From positions 2,336,001-2,400,000 of the forward strand of contig OZ250173.1 of assembly GCA_965238075.1 (NCBI GenBank): a stretch of DNA of 64,000 nt. The letters run 5' to 3'. The translations under genes and the position numbers were made by a program. The stretch is from Candidatus Entotheonellaceae bacterium (GTDB taxonomy: Bacteria > Tectomicrobia > Entotheonellia > Entotheonellales > Entotheonellaceae). Positions 57,397-64,000 of this stretch are shown one piece after another (the first letter of the stretch is position 1; the number at the start of each line of letters is the position of its first letter). The notes below the pieces were generated by a model, which searched no databases, was not told where the DNA came from, and saw only the letters and a list, made by a program, of their open reading frames with translations.

Positions 57397-58632
57397 TCAC
57401 AGCGTCAGCAGCAGCCGTGTGGGGTCGGCGAGATGGGCCATGCTTGCGTTGAGAAACCGTTGCGCCGCGGCGCCGTCGAGGACACGGTGGTCGAACGTCA
57501 GGGACAGCGGCAGGACGGTGCGCAAGGCGATGGCTCCCTCGTAGGCGATCGGCTTCTGCATGAACCGTCCGACGCCTAGAATGGCGACTTGCGGCAGATG
57601 CAGCATCGGGGTGGCAAAGATACCGCCGACGGCGCCGTAATTGCTGATGGTGAAGGTGCCGCCCCGCAGGTCGGTCAGCGGGATGCGGCGCGTGTTGGTC
57701 AACTCGACGAGGTGCTGCAACTCCGTCGCAAGGTCCAGGAGGGATTTGCGGTCAACGTCCTTTACCACGGGAACGATCAGCCCCTCGGGCGTGTCGGTGG
57801 CGATGCCGAGGTGGTAGTAGCGCTTGAGAATCAGGTGCTGTTGGTCTTCGGCGAGTGAGGCATTGAGCGCCGGGTGCTGCTTCAGGGCAGCCACCACCGC
57901 CTTCATGATGAACGGCAGCAGGGTCAGATGGACGTCCGCAGCGGCGGCGTTGCCGCGGGCCCGCCAATCCAGCAGTTCGCTGATATCCACTTCGTCGATC
58001 GTGGTAATGGGCACGGCAGTTGTGGCCGCTTCGACCATCGCTTTGGCGATGGTACGCCGCAGGGCGGTCAGTGGCTGAAGCTCGATGGCTCCATGCCCGT
58101 CCCGCTGCGTGTCGGCGGGCTGGGCAGATGCGGTGTCCTGAGGGGCCGCTCGCAGCACGTCCTCGCGGCGGATGCGGCCGCGCGGGCCGGAAGGGGTGAC
58201 GCGGCTCAGATCGACACCGAGGTCGCGGGCCAGCTTGCGTACCGAGGGAATGGCGAGAACACGCCGGTCGGCGGCCGCGCCGTTCTCCGGCTCAGCGGCT
58301 ACCGGTTCGGGTGGCAGGTCCAGGGTTTTGGCATCCAGCCGCCCCACAACCGAGGCCGCTTCCGGCTGCGGCGCAGCGCCGGCTTCGGATCCATCCGCCT
58401 CGCCAATGACCGCCAGAATTTCCCCGACCTGAATCGTTTCTCCCGCCGCCACTGGCAGGCGCAGGATGGTGCCGGCGCGCGGGGCCGGAATCTCCACCAC
58501 GGCCTTGTCGGTTTCCACCTCCACCAGCGGCTGATCGGCCTTCACCCGGTCGCCCTGGGCTACCAGCCAGCGCACGATCTCACCTTGGGCGATACCTTCT
58601 CCCACGTCCGGGAAGCGAAATTCCAGGGACAT
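57397..58632 (-). CDS. 2-oxoacid dehydrogenase E2 (dihydrolipoamide acyltransferase)
   Basis: Lipoyl ETDKA, PSVRKLAR subunit-binding domain, FDHRVLDG. Confidence 0.93.
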   Translation of the reverse strand: MSLEFRFPDVGEGIAQGEIVRWLVAQGDRVKADQPLVEVETDKAVVEIPAPRAGTILRLPVAAGETIQVGEILAVIGEADGSEAGAAPQPEAASVVGRLDAKTLDLPPEPVAAEPENGAAADRRVLAIPSVRKLARDLGVDLSRVTPSGPRGRIRREDVLRAAPQDTASAQPADTQRDGHGAIELQPLTALRRTIAKAMVEAATTAVPITTIDEVDISELLDWRARGNAAAADVHLTLLPFIMKAVVAALKQHPALNASLAEDQQHLILKRYYHLGIATDTPEGLIVPVVKDVDRKSLLDLATELQHLVELTNTRRIPLTDLRGGTFTISNYGAVGGIFATPMLHLPQVAILGVGRFMQKPIAYEGAIALRTVLPLSLTFDHRVLDGAAAQRFLNASMAHLADPTRLLLTL

Positions 58633-58692
58633 GCCTAACCTCAAGCGTACACGTCATGTTGAACGAGGACCGTCTGTATCAGAGACGGGCTC

Positions 58693-59670
58693 TCAGAAGG
58701 CCAGCACGCGGTGCACGGCGGCCGCGATCATCTCAGGGGTCGGTAGATAATACTTTTCGAGTTGCGGCAGGGGGAATACGGTGTCAAAACCGCTGACGCG
58801 CTCGACCGGGGCCTCCAGGGACAACAAGGCTTTCTCGTTGATCTGCGCCACGATTTCGGCCCCTAGGCCGGCTGTGCGCGCGGCCTCGTGCACGACCACC
58901 GCGCGGCCCGTCTTCTCGACGGACGTGATGATGGCCGGCACGTCCATGGGGGACAGGGTGCGCAAATCGAGAATTTCCGGGCTGATGCCGTCGGCGTTCA
59001 GCGATTCGGCGGCCTGCAGCACGGTGTGCATCATCGAACCCCAGGCGATTACCGTCACGTCGCTGCCCTCCCGCACGAGGCGCGCCTCGCCGATGGGCAC
59101 GGTGAATGCCTCTTCCGGGATATCCTGGCGTACGGCGCGATAGATCCGTTTTGGCTCCAGGAAAATCACCGGGTCCGGGCTGCGGATGGCGCTGATCAGC
59201 AGTCCTTTGGCGTCGTAGGGCGTGGCGGGAACCACGACCTGCAGGCCGGGGGTGTGCACCAGCATGGCCTCGGTGCTTTCCGAGTGGTGCTCGGGCGGGT
59301 GAATGCCGCCGCCGTAGGGTACCCGCACCACCAGGGGGCAGGTGAAGCGGCCACGCGAACGATTGCGCATGCGGGCTACGTGGCTAATGATCTGGTCAAA
59401 AGCCGGGTAGAGAAACCCCATGAACTGGATCTCGGGAACCGGCCGCAGCCCCGCGATGGCCATGCCCACCGCCATGCCGACGATGCCCGCCTCGGCAATC
59501 GGCGCATCCATGACGCGCGCCCGTCCGTAGCATGCCTGCAGACCCTCGGTGACGCGAAAGACGCCGCCCTCCCGGCCGATGTCCTCGCCCAGTAGAATTA
59601 CGCGCTCGTCGGCGCCCAACTCCAGGTGCAGCGCCTCGCGGATGGCTTCGAGAAGGGTGCGTGTTGCCAT
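58693..59670 (-). CDS. 2-oxoacid dehydrogenase E1 beta
   Basis: GGVFRVT, EIQF, HHSES, EPKRIY, DLRTLSP. Confidence 0.93.
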   Translation of the reverse strand: MATRTLLEAIREALHLELGADERVILLGEDIGREGGVFRVTEGLQACYGRARVMDAPIAEAGIVGMAVGMAIAGLRPVPEIQFMGFLYPAFDQIISHVARMRNRSRGRFTCPLVVRVPYGGGIHPPEHHSESTEAMLVHTPGLQVVVPATPYDAKGLLISAIRSPDPVIFLEPKRIYRAVRQDIPEEAFTVPIGEARLVREGSDVTVIAWGSMMHTVLQAAESLNADGISPEILDLRTLSPMDVPAIITSVEKTGRAVVVHEAARTAGLGAEIVAQINEKALLSLEAPVERVSGFDTVFPLPQLEKYYLPTPEMIAAAVHRVLAF

Positions 59671-59675
59671 GTCGA

Positions 59676-60761
59676 TCAGCCTTTCTGCTGAACCTGGAGC
59701 GCCGCGAGCAGCGCCGCCTCTTGTTCCCGCAGCGCCGCCGACGGCTCGGCGAACATGTAGCGGAACATATCCTGTGGGGGTGGTTGCGGCACCGCCTCAG
59801 CGTCGTTCATGGCCTGCTCTACTTCCCCGGTGCACGCTTCCAGCAGCTCGTGTTCCCAGTCTTCCGACCAGGCGCCGCAGGCGTGCAGATATTTTTGCAC
59901 CCGTAGCAGGGGATCGCGTGACCGCCAGGACTCGACCTCGGCGTCGTCGCGGTATTTGGTGGGATCGTCCGCCGTGGTGTGGGCGCCGAGGCGGTAGGTA
60001 TACGCCTCGATCAGGCTCGGCCCGTCGCCGCGCCGCGCTCGCTCGACAGCCTCGTGCATGACGGCGTAAACGGCCATGATGTCGTTGCCGTCCACCCGCA
60101 CGCCGGGAAAGCCGTAGGCCAGGGCCTTCTGGGCAATGGTGGGCGAGGCGGTCTGCTCGCGCACCGGCACCGAAATGGCGTACTGGTTGTTCTGGCAAAA
60201 AAAGACGCAGGGGGCTTCGTAAACACCGGCCAGGTTCATCGCCTCGTGCACGTCGCCTTCGGAGGTGGCGCCGTCGCCGAAATACGCCACCGCCACGCTG
60301 CCGTCCTGCCGATGCTTACCCGCGTACGCCAAGCCGACGGCGTGTAAGGGGTGCGACCCGACCGGTATGGAGACGGGCAGCACGTTCACCCCGTCGGGCA
60401 TGTGGCTGCCGAACTCGTTGCCCATCCAATAGAGCGACAGCAGCTTCAGCGGTACGCCGTGCATCCACATGGCGCCGGTTTCGCGGTAGGAGCTGACGAT
60501 CCAGTCGCGCGGTTCCAAGGGGTAGGTGCTGGCTGCCATGCAGGCTTCCTGTCCTTCCATCTGCGCGTAGGTGCCGAAACGCCCTTGCCGCTGCATGGAG
60601 ACGGCTTTGCGGTCGTACAGACGCATGGTCAGCATCTGGCGGTACATCCTGCGTACCTGTTCATCGTCGAGGTCGGGACGGAGGGTTTCGTCGCAGCATC
60701 CGTCCGGGGTCAGGATGCTGACCATTTCGTCTTGCAGCGGGTCGTAGCGGTCCGCGAACAT
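59676..60761 (-). CDS. 2-oxoacid (pyruvate or branched-chain) dehydrogenase E1 alpha
   Basis: GQEA, YRE, GDGATSEG...NN TPP motif, HTTADDP. Confidence 0.93.
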   Translation of the reverse strand: MFADRYDPLQDEMVSILTPDGCCDETLRPDLDDEQVRRMYRQMLTMRLYDRKAVSMQRQGRFGTYAQMEGQEACMAASTYPLEPRDWIVSSYRETGAMWMHGVPLKLLSLYWMGNEFGSHMPDGVNVLPVSIPVGSHPLHAVGLAYAGKHRQDGSVAVAYFGDGATSEGDVHEAMNLAGVYEAPCVFFCQNNQYAISVPVREQTASPTIAQKALAYGFPGVRVDGNDIMAVYAVMHEAVERARRGDGPSLIEAYTYRLGAHTTADDPTKYRDDAEVESWRSRDPLLRVQKYLHACGAWSEDWEHELLEACTGEVEQAMNDAEAVPQPPPQDMFRYMFAEPSAALREQEAALLAALQVQQKG

Positions 60762-60902
60762 GGAGGGTCCTCAAGAGCGGTCAGACGTGTTTAGACACCG
60801 ACGAGTTACCGTGAGTGAGGCGTTATTCTAGGGAAAAGCACCGGCGGCTTCAAGTACGTGCGCGGGCTTGCCGGAGCCGCCCCCGCCGCTTTTTTGCCCG
60901 TA

Positions 60903-60932
60903 TTGACTTGCTTCCCTGGCCGTGGCTATGCT
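60903..60932 (+). promoter_or_regulatory. Candidate sigma70 promoter
   Basis: TTGACT then 18 bp then TATGCT. Confidence 0.5.
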
Positions 60933-61006
60933 TCCGCCACCGAGACGCGGCGCCAACAGGGTCCTGCGCAGTGCTGAGTTGTGACAAAAGACGATAAGGA
61001 GAAATC

Positions 61007-62081
61007 ATGGCCGCTCATAAAATTGCGGTGATCCCTGGCGACGGTATCGGCCAAGAGGTCATGCCGGAAGGGCTCAAAGTGCTCCGTGCGATGCAGGAAA
61101 CGACGCCGGGACTGGAGCTTGCCTTACGAGACCTTTCCCTGGGGCTGCGATTATTACCGCGAGCACGGCTGCATGATGCCCCACGACGCCCTCAAGACCC
61201 TCGAAGCCTTTGACGCGATTTACTTTGGCGCCGTCGGCGACCCTGACCGCATCCCGGATCATATTTCGCTGAGTACGCTCATCCTGCCCATCCGCAAGAA
61301 CTTTCAGCAGTTCGCCTGCGTTCGCCCCATCAAGCTGCTGCCGGGTGTGTCCGGTCCGCTGGCCGGCAAGACGCCCGCCGACATTGACTTCGTCATGGTG
61401 CGCGAGAACACCGAGGGCGAGTACGCCGATGCCGGTGGCCGCCTGCACGCCGGTACGCCGCAGGAGGTCGCCATTCAAACGTCGGTGTTCACCCGCACCG
61501 GGTGCGAGCGGGTCATGCGGTTTGCCTTTGAGCTGGCGCGCAAGCGTAACAAGGCGCGGCACGTGACGTCGGTTACCAAATCCAATGCGCAGCGGCACAG
61601 CATGGTGTTCTGGGACGACATCTTCAAGGAGGTGGCGGCTGATTATCCCGACATCGACACCAGCAGCAACCTGGTTGACGCAGCCGCCATGAATTTCATA
61701 CGGCGCCCGGAAGCCTTTGACGTGGTGGTCGCCTCCAACCTCTTTGGCGATATTCTCACCGACCTCGGGGCGGTGATCATGGGCGGCATGGGTTACGCGC
61801 CGAGCGCCAATCTGAATCCCGACGGCAGCTACCCGTCGATGTTCGAATCGGTGCACGGCTCGGCGCCGGACATCGTCGGGAAGGGTATCGCCAATCCCCT
61901 GGCGACGATCTGGGCGGGGCAGTTGATGCTGGATTTTCTGGGGGAACGCGACGCCGCGGCGCGGCTCCTGGGCGCCCTTGAGACACACGTGCAGGCGGGG
62001 AAGGTGCGGACGCCGGATCTGGGCGGCACGAGTTGCACCGGCGCCGTCGGCGACAACCTCTGCGATATCTTGCTTCGTTAG
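61007..62081 (+). CDS. Tartrate/D-malate/3-isopropylmalate dehydrogenase family, with a +1 frameshift
   Basis: IPGDGIGQEV in frame 61007; RENTEGEY, SNLFGDILTD, ESVHGSAPDI in frame 61086; extra T at 61124-61125. Confidence 0.88.
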
Positions 62082-62117
62082 ATGCGGTGAAGCGTCCCAA
62101 GGCAGGACTTGCGGGAT

Positions 62118-62160
62118 GTGCGAGGGGGGCGCGGCGTAAAGAACCGTGCGCCCCTCGCAC
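62118..62160. terminator. GC-rich hairpin between convergent genes
   Basis: gtgcgagggg...cccctcgcac 10-bp outer stem plus inner gcgcgg/ccgtgc. Confidence 0.65.
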
Positions 62161-62193
62161 CGCTTGAGGGTGAGTGCTGTTTAAGAGGCGCGT

Positions 62194-63882
62194 CTACCGC
62201 GTGAAGGCCACGATATGGCCGCCGTGTTCCAGGTGGCTTGCCGAGTAGCCCGCGGTGGCGCCGCCGCCGGTCAATTGCGCGATGTATTGCTTGCCGTTCA
62301 GGACGTAGGTGATCGGGCCGGACTTCGGCCTGGCACCGAGCTGAAAGGTGTACAGAATATCCCCCGTGCTGGCGTTCACGGCCTGGAACTGGCCGGTCTC
62401 GCTACCGTAGAACACCAGATTCCCGGCTGTCGTCAGCATGCCGCCGGCGTAACCGCTCTTGCCCTTCTGATCCCGCCAGACTTCCGTCCCGTTCTGCACG
62501 TCCATGGCCAGGTTGAGTTCGTAGCTGAACATGAACTCGAAAGAGGCGCCGAAATGGCGCACGTTGCTGATGACCTTGATCTCCTCGAACGTGTACGCCA
62601 TACCCATTTCGATGGCGGGCAAGTAGACGTAGCCGGTGAGCGGATTGTAGGCCGCGGGATACAGATTCACCCCGCCTGCCAGGCTGGGCCACATCTCGAT
62701 GGCGGTGCCTTCCTCAGGTACGGCGACCGGATCGATGGGCCGCCCTTCCACGTCATAGCCCTTGGCCCAGGTGATGTTGTCGGAGAACGCCACCGCCTGC
62801 TGAAACTGGCCGGTTTCCGCGTCGATGTAGTGGATGTAACCGGTCTTGTTGGGATGCACGATCGTCTTGCGGCCGTTGAGGGTGATGATAAGGGGCGTCT
62901 GCGGCACGTCGAAGTCCCACGGGTCGCCGGGAACCGCTACGTAGCGCCAGGGCACCCGCCCGGTATCGGTGTCGACCGCCACGATGCTGGCGGCGCCGAC
63001 GTTGTCCATTTTGCCGTCGCCGCGGGTTTTCGGGTTCCACGGGTAGGCGTTGGCCGTGCCGGTGTAATACATCTTCAGGTCAGCGTCCCAGGAACCGGTG
63101 ATCCAGGGGCCGGCGCCGCCGTAGTCGCGGCTGTCGCCCGGCCAACTTTCGTAACCCGGTTCACCGGGGCCGGGAATCATGTTGGCTTCATAGAGAATCG
63201 AGCCGTCCTCCTGGCTGACGCCGTAGACAAAGCCGGGCAGGCCGCCGGTATCCGTGGCGTTCATCGGCACGATGATCTGTCCGGGAATCGCCAGGGGCCC
63301 GACGGTGGCGAAATAGCCGTTGGCATCCTCGGATTTTTCAAACGCCTTGGGGTAATCGAGATACTGCTGCACGAATTTCTGCTCGCCGGTCTTGTAATGC
63401 ATGGCGTGCAGCTTCATGTCGTTCGACAGGAAGTAAATGTGCTCCCCGGCGATGGCCACACCGCGGTGCTTGCCGGTGAAGAAAGGAACGTTGTAGCCGC
63501 CGAAATCCTCCGGCAGCTCGTGCTCGTACTTCCACACCTGACGGCCCGTGGCCGCGTCGACCGCGTGAACCGTGTTGTCCTGGGCGATGTACATCAGCCC
63601 GTCGTAGTAGATAGGGGTGCACTGCGCGTCCGTGTCGCCGCCGGTGGAGTAAATCCACGCCACCCTGAGATCGCCGGCGTTGGAGGCGTTCACTTGACTC
63701 AGTGTGCTATAGCGATGCCCTGCCCAGTTGCCGTTGACGTGAAGCCAGGAGACCCCCGCCTCGGCGGCCAACATGTCATCCGTGACGCCTTGCCCCTCGG
63801 CCTGCTGCCATCCTCCAAAACCCGTGAGACATACCAACAAGGCGAGGCTTCCTAATGCCAGTCTGGTGACGATGCGGTGCAT
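62194..63882 (-). CDS. Periplasmic PQQ-dependent dehydrogenase (alcohol dehydrogenase-like beta-propeller)
   Basis: Signal peptide, RYSTLSQVN, Trp-docking repeats, GTAN, WDFD, NKTGY, PITY..NGKQY; AAGGAGG RBS. Confidence 0.88.
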   Translation of the reverse strand: MHRIVTRLALGSLALLVCLTGFGGWQQAEGQGVTDDMLAAEAGVSWLHVNGNWAGHRYSTLSQVNASNAGDLRVAWIYSTGGDTDAQCTPIYYDGLMYIAQDNTVHAVDAATGRQVWKYEHELPEDFGGYNVPFFTGKHRGVAIAGEHIYFLSNDMKLHAMHYKTGEQKFVQQYLDYPKAFEKSEDANGYFATVGPLAIPGQIIVPMNATDTGGLPGFVYGVSQEDGSILYEANMIPGPGEPGYESWPGDSRDYGGAGPWITGSWDADLKMYYTGTANAYPWNPKTRGDGKMDNVGAASIVAVDTDTGRVPWRYVAVPGDPWDFDVPQTPLIITLNGRKTIVHPNKTGYIHYIDAETGQFQQAVAFSDNITWAKGYDVEGRPIDPVAVPEEGTAIEMWPSLAGGVNLYPAAYNPLTGYVYLPAIEMGMAYTFEEIKVISNVRHFGASFEFMFSYELNLAMDVQNGTEVWRDQKGKSGYAGGMLTTAGNLVFYGSETGQFQAVNASTGDILYTFQLGARPKSGPITYVLNGKQYIAQLTGGGATAGYSASHLEHGGHIVAFTR

Positions 63883-64000
63883 GACGTCCCTCCTTCGCAA
63901 AGGTGTTGGATTTGCACAGATACCACGGTTCCCTTGACTGACTTTCCCGGTGATCATCCGACATCTCCGAGTCGCCGTCACCACGTCCTGTAAAGCCCAG

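Overview
GC-rich bacterial (diderm) chromosomal window with about 60 genes and no rRNA, tRNA or CRISPR array seen. 1-19.4 kb: envelope superoperon (prfB end, lolE, lolD, clpC, bamA, skp, lpxD, fabZ, lpxA, GnnA-like gene, lpxI, lpxB, LpxJ-like gene, waaA, lpxK, LpxL-type acyltransferase), interrupted by an oxidoreductase plus stand-alone globin insert. 19.4-28.7 kb: a visibly AT-richer LPS-tailoring island. It holds relics of VapC, a glycosyltransferase, an epimerase and two diverged O-antigen-ligase tails, a TIR-bounded non-autonomous element carrying a hendecad coiled-coil gene, and an Rpn nuclease with a nested antitoxin start. 28.7-37.2 kb: an unusual biotin-dependent carboxylase pair split by a peptide ABC transporter that lacks ATPases. 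Beyond that: a Mg divergon, a macrodomain, a type-2 IleRS with a non-canonical GVHH motif, SorT/SorU-like sulfite dehydrogenase, menA/menB/menG, thiI, a small-molecule detoxification cluster with a cis-CaaD-like tautomerase pair, trxA, 2-oxoacid dehydrogenase E1/E2, a frameshifted beta-decarboxylating dehydrogenase and an atypical PQQ dehydrogenase. Two families of intergenic palindromic repeats recur. The gene content is reminiscent of Tectomicrobia/Entotheonella-like host-associated bacteria (inference only). All family calls come from motif recognition; no searches were run.
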